A stretch of 64,000 bases of DNA. Origin: Candidatus Pampinifervens sinense. GTDB taxonomy: Bacteria > Aquificota > Aquificia > Aquificales > Aquificaceae. The position numbers and the translations under genes are program-made. Positions 39,565-53,649 of the stretch are shown piece by piece. The stretch is taken from assembly GCA_037927135.1 (NCBI GenBank), contig JAXSPP010000004.1:99710-163709 (forward strand). Direction: 5' to 3'. Position 1 is the stretch's first letter, and the number at the start of each line of letters is the position of its first letter. Below the pieces are notes generated by a model. The model saw only the letters and a list, made by a program, of their open reading frames with translations. It was not told the origin of the DNA and did no database searches.

Positions 39565-40755
39565 TTACACAGCCAGTAAGCTTTTTAAGCTCTTAAACCA
39601 AACATGACTCCAAAGGAACCACACTATTGAAAGTATTATAGCTACAGTGGTCATAAAAGCATGACCATGCTTTAGGGCTAACCCGCCCCACAGGCCTCCT
39701 AAAAAGGCCCCAAGGAACTGGGTGGTATTGAAAAAGCCTAAGGAAAGGCCCCTAAGATCCTTGTGAGTAAGCTTTGTAAGAAGGGAAGGAATTAGAGCTT
39801 CTAGCACATTAAACCCTAAGAAGAAAAGAAATATGGCTAAGACTATACCAAAAAAGTTTCCTACAAAATGTAAAGTGATAAAGGCGAGCCCAAGAAGAAA
39901 GACTCCAAGGAGGAAAACTTCCTTATACCTTTTTCTTTTTTCAGCTATCACTATAGCTGGCATCATAAGAAGGAGAGATAGTAAAACAGCGGGAAGGTAG
40001 ATTTCCCAATGCTTTATCTTTGGAAGGCTATAATGATATACAAGCTCGTAAGGTAACACTGTAAAGAGAAGCACTAGGTAAGCGTGGAGTAAGCCTACAG
40101 AAAGGTTTAGAAAGATCTGGTTTTTATCCTTTAAAAGATGGATTATATTTCCAAGGGAAGGGTTTATCTCCCTTTCTGCAAACCTTGTCTTTGGCTCTGG
40201 CACCTGAGTCATAAGGATAAGCAAAGCCAGTATGCTCAAAAATGCTGTAAGGAAGAAGAGAAAAGGAACGCCAAGCTTTCCTGCAAGCACAGGAGATATG
40301 GCAAAGCTTAGTGCAAAGGTAAGGCCTATGGAGGCACCTATCTGCGCAAAGGCCCTGGTTCTTACCTCTTCTCTGATGAGGTCTGCCGATAGGGCTACCA
40401 TGGCGGAGGAGACTGCTCCAAAGCCCTGAACAAAACGTGCAAAGATCATACTCCATATATTTCCCACAAGGCCAGCCATAAGGCTACCTATGGCATAGGT
40501 AAACATGCCTACAAAAATTATTGGCTTCCTACCATACTTATCTGAAAGATAGCCAAAGGGTATTTGCAAAAGGGCCTGAGCAAGGCCGTATATGCCTATG
40601 GCTAGGCCTATAAGCTGTGGTGTAGCACTTTCTAAGGTCTTAAGATAGGGGGATAATACGGGCAGAAGTAAAAAAAGACCAAGCATACGCACCATGACGG
40701 CAAAGGTTATGCTCAGAACTACCCTTCTTTCCTCTGATGTAAATTCCTTTAACAT
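39565..40755 (-). CDS. MFS transporter (YajR-like)
   Basis: [20 protein letters not shown], about 12 TMs. Confidence 0.9.
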   Translation of the reverse strand: MLKEFTSEERRVVLSITFAVMVRMLGLFLLLPVLSPYLKTLESATPQLIGLAIGIYGLAQALLQIPFGYLSDKYGRKPIIFVGMFTYAIGSLMAGLVGNIWSMIFARFVQGFGAVSSAMVALSADLIREEVRTRAFAQIGASIGLTFALSFAISPVLAGKLGVPFLFFLTAFLSILALLILMTQVPEPKTRFAEREINPSLGNIIHLLKDKNQIFLNLSVGLLHAYLVLLFTVLPYELVYHYSLPKIKHWEIYLPAVLLSLLLMMPAIVIAEKRKRYKEVFLLGVFLLGLAFITLHFVGNFFGIVLAIFLFFLGFNVLEALIPSLLTKLTHKDLRGLSLGFFNTTQFLGAFLGGLWGGLALKHGHAFMTTVAIILSIVWFLWSHVWFKSLKSLLAV

Positions 40756-40757
40756 GA

Positions 40758-41771
40758 TTAAAACTGTTTTAGGAACCTAAGGTCATTTTCAAAGAAGAGC
40801 TTTATGTTATCTATGCCAAAGTACAACATGGCAAGCCTTTCTACTCCCATACCAAAGGCAAAGCCCTGATAGACCTCCGGATCAATTTGACAGTTTTCAA
40901 GCACTACAGGATGCACCATACCGCACCCCATCACCTCAAGCCATCCAGATTCTTTGCAAACTCTACAGCCTTTCCCACCGCATATAACACATCCTATATC
41001 CACTTCGGCGGAAGGCTCTGTGAAGGGGAAGTAAGAGGCCCTAAAGCGCACAGGCACATCGCTTTCAAAAAACTCCTTGAGAAAGGTCTCTATCGTATAC
41101 TTCATATGGCCAAAGCTTATATCCCTATCCACCACGAGCCCTTCCACCTGGTGAAACATGGGCGAATGGGTGGGGTCATCATCCCTTCTGTAGACCTTTC
41201 CGGGAGCTATCATGTATATGGGTGGCCTTTGAGACAACATGGTTCTTATCTGAACGGGTGAGGTATGAGTCCTCAAAAGATAGCCTTCCCTGTTTATATA
41301 AAAGGTGTCTTGCATGTCCCTTGCAGGATGATCCTTTGGAATGTTTAGCATGTCAAAGTTGTATTCTTCCAGCTCCACCTCTGGACCTTCCATAACGGAA
41401 AAGCCCATACTTACAAATATGTCCTTTATCCTCTTGAGCGTTTGAGTTATAGGGTGGTATGTGCCAAAGGAAGGTTCAAAAGCTATAGAGAGATCAAGCC
41501 ACTCTTCCGAAAGCTTTCTTTGAAGCTCAAGGTTTTTGAGCTCCTCTTCCTTCCTTTTTATTAGCTCCTCCGCATACTCCTTTAACCTATTTACCCTTTG
41601 CCCATACTCCCTTCTTTCCTCAGGTGGTATATTCCTTATGTTGGCTATGGCTTGAGTTATAAGGCCGTTTTTGCCCAAATACTTCGCCTTTACACTCTGT
41701 AGCTCAGATACAGATCCTACCTTGGATATATCCCCTTTTAGCTCTTCCTCTAAGCTTTCTATATCTATCAT
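40758..41771 (-). CDS. pheS: Phenylalanine-tRNA ligase alpha subunit
   Basis: [36 protein letters not shown]. Confidence 0.98.
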   Translation of the reverse strand: MIDIESLEEELKGDISKVGSVSELQSVKAKYLGKNGLITQAIANIRNIPPEERREYGQRVNRLKEYAEELIKRKEEELKNLELQRKLSEEWLDLSIAFEPSFGTYHPITQTLKRIKDIFVSMGFSVMEGPEVELEEYNFDMLNIPKDHPARDMQDTFYINREGYLLRTHTSPVQIRTMLSQRPPIYMIAPGKVYRRDDDPTHSPMFHQVEGLVVDRDISFGHMKYTIETFLKEFFESDVPVRFRASYFPFTEPSAEVDIGCVICGGKGCRVCKESGWLEVMGCGMVHPVVLENCQIDPEVYQGFAFGMGVERLAMLYFGIDNIKLFFENDLRFLKQF

Positions 41772-42127
41772 ACAGGCTGGGCCAGAACTTCTTTTACCTT
41801 GTTAACTATCTGGGCAAAGCCTTCAGGGTCTCTTACCGCCATATCAGCAAGCACCTTCCTATTTAGGTTTATACCAGCCTTTGAAAGCCCATACATGAAC
41901 CTGCTGTAGGATAGCCCATGGAGTCTTACAGCCGCATTTATACGAGCGATCCAAAGCCTTCTAAACTGCCTCTTTCTCTGCTTTCTATCCCTGTATTGAT
42001 ATTGCAAAGCTCTAAAGACATACTCCTTTGCCCTTCTGTAAACGTTCTTCCTCTGACCTCTAAAGCCCTTAGCAAGCTTGAGGATCTTCTTCTTAAACTT
42101 CCTTGAAGATGGACCCTTTACACGCAT
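41768..42127 (-). CDS. rplT: 50S ribosomal protein L20
   Basis: [27 protein letters not shown]. Confidence 0.98.
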   Translation of the reverse strand: MRVKGPSSRKFKKKILKLAKGFRGQRKNVYRRAKEYVFRALQYQYRDRKQRKRQFRRLWIARINAAVRLHGLSYSRFMYGLSKAGINLNRKVLADMAVRDPEGFAQIVNKVKEVLAQPV

Positions 42128-42172
42128 CCTTCACCTCCTTATACAGAAGACTCTATTATAACACAAAAAGGT

Positions 42173-42194
42173 AAAAAGCAGGCCAAAGGCCTGC
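42173..42194 (-). terminator. Intrinsic terminator
   Basis: Minus strand GCAGGCC-TTT-GGCCTGC hairpin followed by TTTTT, 11 nt after the stop at 42206. Confidence 0.8.
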
Positions 42195-42205
42195 CCCAAA
42201 ATCTA

Positions 42206-43288
42206 CTACTCTTTTTCTATCTTTATGGCCTCATTGTTGGAGTTTACCTTTACCTCCACAAGCCAGCTAGTTTGAAGGTTTGTGAGACAGTCAGGACCCA
42301 CATTGGATTTGCCATTGTATTCGCAGTAAGTGGAAGGTGTTACCTTTATGGGATTGTTATATGTATTTATGCTAAAGGTTGAGTTTTGGCTGTCTTTTGA
42401 TAATACAGTGCCTTTTAGTTTTGTGTAGTAGTTAAACATGCATTTGTCTGGGTCTTCCACTTCTATTTCTGTGGCAGTTAAAGTGTTAGAGCTTGAAGGA
42501 TCTTGATAAGCCTTCACCTCAATGCACATACCACTTTGTATTTGACTTGTGCAGTTAGTCCCTGGATAGTTTGTGCCGTTTATCTTACATACCGTGTTTG
42601 AGCTTATGTTTACCGTGTAAGTTTTGCCCATCCAAGTGCCTGTAATGGTGTTGTTCTGTGAGCTTTGCACCATAAGGTAAACTTTGTATTTATTGGTCTG
42701 TGGAGTCAGTGGCATCATCTTTACTTCCGTGACCCGCCATGGAGTAGTAGATTCATCCACTTCAAACTCCTTTAGCTGGAAATCTACCACAAGCTTACTC
42801 ATGGCAAAGGGCTGGACTATACCGTTATACCTTATATAACATCTGTTGCTGCTATCAGGGCATTGTACCGTATTAGGCTTGTTAGGTTTTTCTTGCATGG
42901 GCATAAAAACAGCATCATGTGATTGGCCAGAACTATCTACTATCTTCAGATTTCTGTCCATCACCACCTCAAGCCTGTTGTAAGTTCCCTGTGGTATGTT
43001 GGCAGTGCTTATATACTGGAGAATGCCGTTTAGCTTGCTGAGGTCAACCTCTAGGCCTTGCTGGCTTGTAAAGAGGTTCACCTTGTTTTGGCACTGGTTG
43101 TCCGAACAGAGGTTTACCTCATAGACCTTTACGAGAACAGAAGAATACTCATTCCCCGGCCTATCTGTAAAGAATAGAGGGACGCTACCCGTTTATGTGC
43201 CACCACCTCCACCACCGCAAGCTATAAAAGAAAACCCAGAGAATAAAACAAAGGCCGATCCAATACCTGTCAATACCACCTTTCTCAT
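42206..43288 (-). pseudogene. DUF4382/DUF5666-like lipoprotein interrupted by in-frame TAA at codon 32 (43193-43195)
   Basis: RBS GAGGAGG; MRKVVLTGIGSAFVLFSGFSFIA-CGGGGGGT*TGSVPLFFTDRP... in frame with ORF 42206..43081. Confidence 0.75.
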
Positions 43289-43367
43289 CGCTATCCCTCC
43301 TCAAAAGATTGTATACGTTTAACTATCTATCAAGTTTATGAATTTTGCGTGATAATTTTGTGAAGGC

Positions 43368-43396
43368 TTGACACAGACCCTTATATCCTTTATAAT
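43368..43396 (+). promoter_or_regulatory. Consensus sigma70 promoter for the spc operon
   Basis: TTGACA-N17-TATAAT, exact. Confidence 0.85.
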
Positions 43397-43487
43397 CTAA
43401 TTTCCTTGAATATGGGCTGGTAGAATTTGGGACCTTTATGGATGATTTTTATGGTATAATACATAGTTTATGTGAGAGGTGAGAGCC

Positions 43488-43853
43488 ATGTTGCAGAGGC
43501 AAAGTTATGCTAATGTGGCGGACAATTCGGGAGCTAAGAAGGTTCAGATAATAGGTATTCCATATGCTCCTAGAAAGTATGCTACCTTGGGTGATGTGGT
43601 AACCGTTACTGTAAAAGAGGCTGCTCCGCACAGCCCAGCTAAAAAGGGTAAAATCTACAGGGCTGTGGTGGTAAGGACAAAGAAGGAGGTGAGGCGCCCA
43701 GATGGGAGCTATATAAAGTTTGATGATAATGCGGTGGTGCTTTTAAACCAGTACGGTGAGCCTTTGGGCACTCGTATACTTGGCCCCATAGCCAGAGAGG
43801 TAAGAAACAAAGGTTTTACTAAGCTGGCATCCTTGGCACCGGAGGTGGTCTGA
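43488..43853 (+). CDS. rplN: 50S ribosomal protein L14
   Basis: [21 protein letters not shown]. Confidence 0.98.
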   Translation: MLQRQSYANVADNSGAKKVQIIGIPYAPRKYATLGDVVTVTVKEAAPHSPAKKGKIYRAVVVRTKKEVRRPDGSYIKFDDNAVVLLNQYGEPLGTRILGPIAREVRNKGFTKLASLAPEVV

Positions 43854-44209
43854 TGGCTCAGAAGATAAGGAAAGGAGATACTGTAGTGGTTATGAGAGGA
43901 AGGGAAAAGGGTAAAGTGGGTGAGGTTATAAAGGTTCTTAGAAAGGAAAACCGTGTGATAATAAAGAATGTGAACCTTGTGAAAAAGCACGTCAAAGCTA
44001 TTCCCGGTGTAAGGGAAGGTGGTATATTTGAGATAGAAGCACCTATTCACATAAGCAATGTGATGCTTTTGTGTCCAAAATGTCAAAAACCTACTAGGGT
44101 TGGCATAAGAACTGTGGTTGAAGGAGACACTGTAAGGAAGTATAGATACTGCAAGAAATGCAATGAAAACATAGATCTAATAAGAGAAAAAGTGAGGGTT
44201 AAAGGATGA
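43853..44209 (+). CDS. rplX: 50S ribosomal protein L24
   Basis: [22 protein letters not shown]; carries CxxC...CxxC. Confidence 0.98.
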   Translation: MAQKIRKGDTVVVMRGREKGKVGEVIKVLRKENRVIIKNVNLVKKHVKAIPGVREGGIFEIEAPIHISNVMLLCPKCQKPTRVGIRTVVEGDTVRKYRYCKKCNENIDLIREKVRVKG

Positions 44210-44769
44210 GTGTAGGGACGAAGTATGTACCTAGACTTTACATCAAGTATAAAGAAGAGGTGGTTCCACAGCTCATAAACAGGTTTGGCTATAAAAACCC
44301 TATGCAGGTACCCAAGATAGTCAAGATTGTGGTAAACATGGGTGTGGGCGAAGCGGTAAGCGACATCAAATACCTTGAGAGGGCTATGGAAGACCTAAAG
44401 GCCATAACGGGACAGCATCCATCTGTAAGAAGGGCCAAAAAGTCTGAAGCAGGATTCAAGCTAAGGAAGGGCATGCCTATAGGTCTAAAGGTTACCCTCA
44501 GAAAGGAGAGGATGTGGGACTTTCTTGACAAGCTCATATCTGTAGCCTTACCAAGGGTTAAAGACTTTAAAGGTTTGAACCCAAGGTCCTTTGACGGAAG
44601 GGGTAATTATGCCTTTGGCATTTCCGAACAGATAGTCTTTCCAGAGATAGACTATGAAAAGGTGGATGCCATTAGGGGTATGGATATTATAATTCATACA
44701 ACTGCAAGGACGGATGAAGAAGCCTTATGGCTTCTTGCCCTCCTTGGACTACCTATAAGGAGTGCATAA
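44206..44769 (+). CDS. rplE: 50S ribosomal protein L5
   Basis: [21 protein letters not shown]. Confidence 0.98.
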   Translation: MSVGTKYVPRLYIKYKEEVVPQLINRFGYKNPMQVPKIVKIVVNMGVGEAVSDIKYLERAMEDLKAITGQHPSVRRAKKSEAGFKLRKGMPIGLKVTLRKERMWDFLDKLISVALPRVKDFKGLNPRSFDGRGNYAFGISEQIVFPEIDYEKVDAIRGMDIIIHTTARTDEEALWLLALLGLPIRSA

Positions 44770-44770
44770 C

Positions 44771-44959
44771 ATGGCAAGGAAGGCAAAGATAGCAAAGGAT
44801 TTGAAGCATTTTCCTAAGTATGTGGTAAGGCAGAAGAACAGGTGCCCTCTGTGCGGTAGGCCAAGAGGCTTTATAAGATGGTTTGGTATGTGTAGGCTAT
44901 GCTTTAGAGAACTTGCCCTAAAGGGTGAGCTACCCGGTGTGAGAAAAGCAAGTTGGTAA
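44771..44959 (+). CDS. rpsZ: 30S ribosomal protein S14, zinc-binding type Z
   Basis: [24 protein letters not shown]. Confidence 0.97.
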   Translation: MARKAKIAKDLKHFPKYVVRQKNRCPLCGRPRGFIRWFGMCRLCFRELALKGELPGVRKASW

Positions 44960-44972
44960 AGGAGGTGGTGGA

Positions 44973-45377
44973 ATGGATCCTGTAGCAGATATGTTTTCTG
45001 CAATGAAGAACGCCATCCTTAGACGCATGGACTATGTGGATGTTCCTTCCTCAAAGCTAAAAGAGGCCATACTTGAGGTCTTAAAAAGGGAAGGCTACAT
45101 CAAAGGATGGGAAAGGCTGGAGGATCAAAGAAAGGGGACACAGTACAAGCTGAGGATTTACCTAAAGTATATAGGCCCCAAAAAGGAGAAGAGTGTGATC
45201 TCTGAGATTGTTAAGGTTTCAAAGCCCGGGAGAAGGATATATGTGCCCAAGCACAAGATACCCTATGTGAAGAGAGGCCTTGGAATAGCCATCCTTTCCA
45301 CCGATGCTGGTGTTATCACAGACCACGAGGCCAGAAAGCTTGGAAAGGGTGGCGAACTTATAGCCTATGTATGGTGA
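44973..45377 (+). CDS. rpsH: 30S ribosomal protein S8
   Basis: DPVADM, SKPGRRIY, GGE. Confidence 0.98.
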   Translation: MDPVADMFSAMKNAILRRMDYVDVPSSKLKEAILEVLKREGYIKGWERLEDQRKGTQYKLRIYLKYIGPKKEKSVISEIVKVSKPGRRIYVPKHKIPYVKRGLGIAILSTDAGVITDHEARKLGKGGELIAYVW

Positions 45378-45386
45378 GGTGGAGCC

Positions 45387-45941
45387 ATGTCAAGGATAGG
45401 TAAAAAACCTATTGAAATTCCCCAGAATGTAAAGGTTAGTCTAAAGGATGGAGAGCTCACAGTAGAAGGTCCAAAAGGAAAGCTGTCTATGAAGATCCAC
45501 CCTGATATAAAGGTGTCCATTGAGAACAACTTTATAAAGGTGGAAAGGCCCTCTGACCAGCCTTTCCATAGGGCTATGCATGGCACCACCGCAGCCCTCA
45601 TAAGGAATATGATCAAAGGTGTTACAGAGGGCTATACTCAAGTGTTGGAAGTGGTAGGTCTTGGATACAGGGCGGCGGTAAAGGGCAATGTGCTTGAACT
45701 CAACCTGGGCTACTCCCATCCTATCCTGTATCCTATACCACCCGATGTGAAGATAGAGGTAAAGGAAAACAAGATATATGTAAGTGGAATAGATAAACAA
45801 AAGGTTGGTCAAGTGTGCGCGCAGATTAGAGCCTTTAGAAAGCCAGATCCTTATAAAGGTAAAGGTATAAGGTACGAAGGAGAGGTGTTAAAGCTCAAGG
45901 CTGGTAAGAGCGCAGGAAAAGGTAAGGGTGGTAAGAAGTAA
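45387..45941 (+). CDS. rplF: 50S ribosomal protein L6
   Basis: [18 protein letters not shown]. Confidence 0.98.
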   Translation: MSRIGKKPIEIPQNVKVSLKDGELTVEGPKGKLSMKIHPDIKVSIENNFIKVERPSDQPFHRAMHGTTAALIRNMIKGVTEGYTQVLEVVGLGYRAAVKGNVLELNLGYSHPILYPIPPDVKIEVKENKIYVSGIDKQKVGQVCAQIRAFRKPDPYKGKGIRYEGEVLKLKAGKSAGKGKGGKK

Positions 45942-45952
45942 GGAGGTAGGCC

Positions 45953-46324
45953 ATGGCAAAGCTAAATAGGCATGAAAGGAGAGAAAGAAGGCACAAAAGG
46001 ATAAGGAAAAAGATATTTGGTACACCAGAAAGACCTAGGCTCTGTGTGTATAGAAGCCTTAATGCTTTTTACGCTCAAATCATAGATGATACTAAGGGAC
46101 ACACCCTTGTTTCCGCATCCTCTATAGACAGGGAGTATGTGCAGATGTTTGGTAAAAGAGGTGGTAAATCTATAGAGGATGCAAAAAGGGTGGCCGAACT
46201 TTTGGTAAAAAGGGCTTTAGAAAAGGGTATTAAGAAGGTAGTTTTTGACAGGGGTGGATTTCTGTATCATGGTAAAATAAAGGCCTTTGCCGATAGATGT
46301 AGAGAGCTAGGTCTTGAATTTTAA
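45953..46324 (+). CDS. rplR: 50S ribosomal protein L18
   Basis: [19 protein letters not shown]. Confidence 0.98.
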   Translation: MAKLNRHERRERRHKRIRKKIFGTPERPRLCVYRSLNAFYAQIIDDTKGHTLVSASSIDREYVQMFGKRGGKSIEDAKRVAELLVKRALEKGIKKVVFDRGGFLYHGKIKAFADRCRELGLEF

Positions 46325-46335
46325 AGGAGGCAAAG

Positions 46336-46923
46336 ATGGGTGGTGTATCAATTGAAAGGTTGATTGATCTAAAGAGGAAGGAGCAGAGAATAGCGGAGAT
46401 TGAAGATCAGCTACAGATAGAAGAGAGGCTCATATACGCCAGGAGGACTGCAAGGGTTACAAAGGGTGGTAAAAGGTTTTCTTTTAGTGCCCTTGTGATA
46501 GTTGGCGACAAAAGGGGACATGTGGGCTTTGGCCTAGGTAAGGCTAGGGAGGTTCCTATAGCTATAGCTAAGGCCATAGAGGATGGGAAGAAGCACATAA
46601 TAAGGGTGCCTATAGAGAATGGAACTGTTCCGCATGATGTGATAGGACATTATGGGCCTACTATGATAAAGGTGCTTCCCGCAAGGCGTGGAACTGGTAT
46701 AGTGGCCGGTGGTGCAGCAAAGCCCATATTTGAGCTTGCGGGCTACACAGACGTGCTTACAAAGATTCTGGGAAGCACAAACCCAAACAACGTAGTAAGA
46801 GCTGTTTTTGACGCCCTGTTGAAGCTTAAGTCTTTGGAAGAGGTGGCAAAGGAAAGGGGTATAGATCCGGAGATTCTCAAAAAGAGGTATAAGCTATACG
46901 CTAAGGAGCTCCGTATACCCTAA
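46336..46923 (+). CDS. rpsE: 30S ribosomal protein S5
   Basis: KGGKRFSF, GKAREVP, GTGIVAGG. Confidence 0.98.
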   Translation: MGGVSIERLIDLKRKEQRIAEIEDQLQIEERLIYARRTARVTKGGKRFSFSALVIVGDKRGHVGFGLGKAREVPIAIAKAIEDGKKHIIRVPIENGTVPHDVIGHYGPTMIKVLPARRGTGIVAGGAAKPIFELAGYTDVLTKILGSTNPNNVVRAVFDALLKLKSLEEVAKERGIDPEILKKRYKLYAKELRIP

Positions 46924-46935
46924 GGAGGTGAAAGC

Positions 46936-47130
46936 ATGGGTAAGTTGAGAGTAAAGCTGGTAAGAGGGCTTGCGGGAAAGTCTGAAGCACAGATAAAGGC
47001 TGTAAGAAGCCTAGGTCTTAAAAAGCCAGGTCAAGAGGTTATCCTTGAAGACAACCCTATGGTAAGGGGAAATATACGTAAGGCCTTTCATCTTCTTAAA
47101 GTGGAGGAGGTGAAAGATGAAACTGCATGA
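46936..47130 (+). CDS. rpmD: 50S ribosomal protein L30
   Basis: [14 protein letters not shown]; operon position. Confidence 0.95.
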   Translation: MGKLRVKLVRGLAGKSEAQIKAVRSLGLKKPGQEVILEDNPMVRGNIRKAFHLLKVEEVKDETA

Positions 47131-47562
47131 ACTTGCTCCAAACGAAGGAGCTACTAAAAAGAGGAAGAGAGTAGGAAGGGGTATAGGTTCTGGTCATGGT
47201 AAGACCTGTGGAAGAGGACACAAGGGTCAAAAGAGCAGGTCTGGAGATAGAAAGATGCCCTCTTGGTTTGAGGGTGGACAAACACCGCTTCACAAGAGGA
47301 TACCAAAGAGGGGCTTTAGATCACCAAACAGGGTTGAATACACGGTGGTAAACGTTAAACTACTTGAAAAATACTTTGAGGCTGGAGAAGAGGTCACACC
47401 AGAAAAGCTGTTGGAGAAGGGTCTTGTGAAAAAAGGAATGCCGGTAAAGATATTGGGAGACGGAGAGCTTACAAAGGCTCTAAAGGTAAAAGCACACGCC
47501 TTTTCCAAGTCTGCAAGGGAGAAGATAGAGGCAGCGGGTGGTGTGTGTGAGGAGATAAGGAA

Positions 47563-47566
<4 letters not shown>
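47117..47566 (+). CDS. rplO: 50S ribosomal protein L15
   Basis: [25 protein letters not shown]. Confidence 0.98.
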
Positions 47567-50269
<2,703 letters not shown>

Positions 50270-50277
<8 letters not shown>

Positions 50278-50509
50278 GAAGAAGGGTGAGGAAAAGCCAA
50301 AGGAGAAGGGTATAGTCCTTGAGGGAGAGGTGATAGAGGCCTTACCCAATGCCATGTTTAAGGTAAGGTTAGACACGGGCCATGAGGTGTTGGCCCATGT
50401 GTCTGGAAAGATGCGCATCCACTTTATAAGGATACTGCCCGGTGATAGGGTAAAGGTGGAGCTTTCTCCCTATGACCTTACCAGGGGTAGGATTATCTAC
50501 AGAGAATGA
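50270..50509 (+). CDS. infA: Translation initiation factor IF-1
   Basis: [23 protein letters not shown]. Confidence 0.98.
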
Positions 50510-50522
50510 TTTTATGGTATAA

Positions 50523-50660
<138 letters not shown>

Positions 50661-50672
50661 AGGAGGTAAGGT

Positions 50673-51053
50673 ATGGCGAGGATAGCGGGTGTGGACCTTC
50701 CAGACCACAAAAAGTTGGAAGTTGCCCTTACTTACATCTACGGCATAGGCTGGTCTAGAGCAAGGGAGATCTGTGAAAAGACTGGCATTCCATGCACAAA
50801 AAGGGTGGGTGAGCTCACACCGGAGGAGCTCAACACCATACGTAAGTTTATAGAACAGAACTACACGGTGGAAGGTGATCTAAGGAGGGAAGTTCAACTG
50901 AACATTAAAAGGCTTATAGATATGGGATGCTATAGAGGAATAAGGCATGCAAAGGGCTTGCCAGTTAGGGGTCAGCAAACGAGGACGAACGCACGCACCA
51001 GAAAAGGTAAGAGAAAGACTGTTGGTGGTACAAGGAAGAGGGTAGTCAAGTAA
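50673..51053 (+). CDS. rpsM: 30S ribosomal protein S13
   Basis: [23 protein letters not shown]. Confidence 0.98.
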   Translation: MARIAGVDLPDHKKLEVALTYIYGIGWSRAREICEKTGIPCTKRVGELTPEELNTIRKFIEQNYTVEGDLRREVQLNIKRLIDMGCYRGIRHAKGLPVRGQQTRTNARTRKGKRKTVGGTRKRVVK

Positions 51054-51066
51054 GGAGGTGTAAGCC

Positions 51067-51453
51067 ATGGCAAAAAAACCGCAAGGCAAAAAACAAAAAA
51101 GAATTGTTACAGAAGGTATAGTGCATATACTTAGCACCTTTAACAACACCATAGTTACCATAACGGATAAGCAGGGAAATACCCTTGTTTGGGAAAGTGG
51201 TGGTACTGTAGGGTTTAAGGGAACTAGGAAGAGTAGCCCATACGCCGCCCAGTTGGCCGCTCAAAAGGCAGCCAAAAGGGCTATGCAGGAGTATGGCCTA
51301 CAGGAGGTGGAAGTGAGGATAAAGGGAGCTGGTGCTGGAAGGGAGCCAGCTCTTAGGGCCATACACGCCGCCGGTTTGAAGATAAAGGCCATAAGGGATG
51401 TTACACCCCTTCCTCATAATGGGTGTAGACCGCCTGCCAAAAGGAGGGTTTAA
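51067..51453 (+). CDS. rpsK: 30S ribosomal protein S11
   Basis: [18 protein letters not shown]. Confidence 0.98.
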   Translation: MAKKPQGKKQKRIVTEGIVHILSTFNNTIVTITDKQGNTLVWESGGTVGFKGTRKSSPYAAQLAAQKAAKRAMQEYGLQEVEVRIKGAGAGREPALRAIHAAGLKIKAIRDVTPLPHNGCRPPAKRRV

Positions 51454-51456
51454 AGG

Positions 51457-52086
51457 ATGGGTAGGTATATAGGACCTTTGGTAAGGTATGACAGAAGGTT
51501 TGGAGTGGTAGTTTCTGGAAAGTCAAGCGCCTATAAGATCTTGGCAAAGAGGAACTACCCACCAGGCCAGCATGGAAGGCTGAAGGGAAGAAAGAAGAAG
51601 CTTACCGAATACGGACTTCGTTTAATGGAAAAGCAAAAGCTCAAGTTCCTTTACGGTGGATTGAGAGAAAAGCAGTTCAGAAGATACTTTGAAGAGGCTT
51701 CCCGTTCAAAGGGTAATACGGGACAGGTGCTCCTCCAGCTTTTAGAAAGAAGATTGGACAATGTGGTCTACAGGCTTGGTTTTGCTAAAACAAGGAGACA
51801 GGCAAGACAGTGGATAGTGCATGGACACTTCTTAGTAAACGGAAAAAAGGTCAACATACCTTCCTATAGGGTGGAACCTGGTGATGTAATTGAGGTAAAG
51901 CCTAGTTCAAGGGATATTCCTCAGCTCCTTGAAAACCTTCAAAACGTAGATCCAAGAAGCATACCTTCTTGGTTGGAATTGGACAAGGAAAACTTTAGAG
52001 GAAAGGTGTTGGACATACCAAAGGATATTCAACTGGAGGTGCCTATAAACCTTCAGTATGTAATAGAATTCTACTCAAGGGTTTAA
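51457..52086 (+). CDS. rpsD: 30S ribosomal protein S4
   Basis: [27 protein letters not shown]. Confidence 0.98.
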   Translation: MGRYIGPLVRYDRRFGVVVSGKSSAYKILAKRNYPPGQHGRLKGRKKKLTEYGLRLMEKQKLKFLYGGLREKQFRRYFEEASRSKGNTGQVLLQLLERRLDNVVYRLGFAKTRRQARQWIVHGHFLVNGKKVNIPSYRVEPGDVIEVKPSSRDIPQLLENLQNVDPRSIPSWLELDKENFRGKVLDIPKDIQLEVPINLQYVIEFYSRV

Positions 52087-52099
52087 AGGAGGAGGTTTT

Positions 52100-53053
52100 A
52101 TGCTGAGAGAGTTTATCCTTCCCACAAAGGTCTATTGGGAAGAAAGGAGTAAGACCTATGGTAGATTTGTGGTAGAACCACTGGAGAGGGGTTTTGGTAT
52201 AACGGTAGGTAATTCTCTCAGAAGGACCCTTCTTTCCTCCATTGAAGGCACAGCCATAACCGGCGTAAAGATATACGGTGTTTACCATGAGTTTTCAGCC
52301 ATTGAAGGTGTGCTGGAAGACACTCTTGAGATAATAGCCAACCTTAAGAAGGTGAAGTTCAAGTTGCACGATGCAGACGTAGAGATACTCTACCTTAAGA
52401 AGAAGGGTGAAGGAGAGGTGTATGCAAGGGATATAAGCTTGCCACCCAACGTAGAGATCATAAATCCCGATCAGAAGATACTTACTATAACGGACCCTGA
52501 GAAGGAGATAAATATGGAGATAAGGATAGAAAGGGGCTTTGGATACGTTCCTACCGAAGAAATGGAAGTGCTTGGAGACATAGGGTGGATACTGATAGAT
52601 GCGGACTTTTCACCCGTTCGTCAGGTGGCCTTTAGGGTTGAGAAGACAAGGGTTGAAAGGAGAAGCGATTACGACAAGCTTATAATGGAAGTCTACACCG
52701 ACGGAACAAAAACACCGGAAGAGGTTGTAAAAGAAGCAATACAGATACTCATAAAGAACTTTAAAGCCCTTGAAAACATGTCCTTTGAGATACCGAGAGT
52801 GGAAGAGCCTGTCGTCCTTGTGGACGAGTTTATGGAAAAGCTGAACCTGCCCATAGAAGAGCTGGATGTTTCTCAAAGAGCTTTGAACTCTATAAAGAGG
52901 ATGGGTATAACCACCATAGGGGACTTGGTAAAGCTTACAGAAGAGGACCTTAAAAACACTAAGAATGTAGGTAGGAAGGCTATAAATGAGATAAAGGAGG
53001 CTCTAAGGCAAATGGGCCTTCACCTCGGCATGGATATAGAAAGCAGGAGGTAA
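52100..53053 (+). CDS. rpoA: RNA polymerase alpha subunit
   Basis: EPLERGFG.T.GNSLRR, DADFSPV, NVGRK. Confidence 0.98.
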   Translation: MLREFILPTKVYWEERSKTYGRFVVEPLERGFGITVGNSLRRTLLSSIEGTAITGVKIYGVYHEFSAIEGVLEDTLEIIANLKKVKFKLHDADVEILYLKKKGEGEVYARDISLPPNVEIINPDQKILTITDPEKEINMEIRIERGFGYVPTEEMEVLGDIGWILIDADFSPVRQVAFRVEKTRVERRSDYDKLIMEVYTDGTKTPEEVVKEAIQILIKNFKALENMSFEIPRVEEPVVLVDEFMEKLNLPIEELDVSQRALNSIKRMGITTIGDLVKLTEEDLKNTKNVGRKAINEIKEALRQMGLHLGMDIESRR

Positions 53054-53056
53054 AAC

Positions 53057-53413
53057 ATGAGGCATAAGGTAAAAAAGAAGCACTTTGATAGGACAAAGGA
53101 GCAAAGGTTGGCACTCTATAGGTCCCTTGCCAGGGCCCTAATACTGGAGGAGAGGATAGAGACATCCCTTCAGAAGGCTAAAGCTGTAAGGCCCTTTATA
53201 GAAAGGTTGATCACCTTGGGTAAAAAGGGAGACCTTCATTCTCGCAGGCTGGCCCTAAAGCTCCTTCCAGACAGAAAGGTGGTCAAAAGGCTTTTTGAGG
53301 AGATAGCACCAAGGTTTGAAAACAGGAACGGAGGCTACACAAGAATTATTAAGCTTCCAGAGAGGAGAAAGGGAGACGGATGCGAATTGGCCATACTTGA
53401 ATTTGTAGAATGA
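53057..53413 (+). CDS. rplQ: 50S ribosomal protein L17
   Basis: [17 protein letters not shown]. Confidence 0.98.
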   Translation: MRHKVKKKHFDRTKEQRLALYRSLARALILEERIETSLQKAKAVRPFIERLITLGKKGDLHSRRLALKLLPDRKVVKRLFEEIAPRFENRNGGYTRIIKLPERRKGDGCELAILEFVE

Positions 53414-53649
53414 TAAAGGCCTTCCTTTCCCTTCTTATAAACCTTTTGATAGTTCTTATAATTGTTCATGCCATAGGCTCATGGATCCCCGCCATAAGGG
53501 AAAGTAGATTTTACAACTCCCTTGATAGGCTAATATCCCCTTTGCTTGAGCCCTTCAGAAGGGTTCTCCCACCCTTTGGAGGGCTAGACTTTTCACCTTT
53601 CGTTCTATTGCTTATACTCTACCTTATTAAGCACCTTCTGAAGCTTTGA
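53410..53649 (+). CDS. YggT family membrane protein
   Basis: [23 protein letters not shown]. Confidence 0.9.
   Translation: MIKAFLSLLINLLIVLIIVHAIGSWIPAIRESRFYNSLDRLISPLLEPFRRVLPPFGGLDFSPFVLLLILYLIKHLLKL

Noticed and set aside
41768-42127. rplT without adjacent infC-rpmI, and pheS without pheT
   Set aside because: Operon scrambling is typical of Aquificaceae; not novel
23960-43195. Stop-codon reassignment explaining the two in-frame stops
   Set aside because: The stops differ (TAG and TAA) and both codons terminate normal genes in this window
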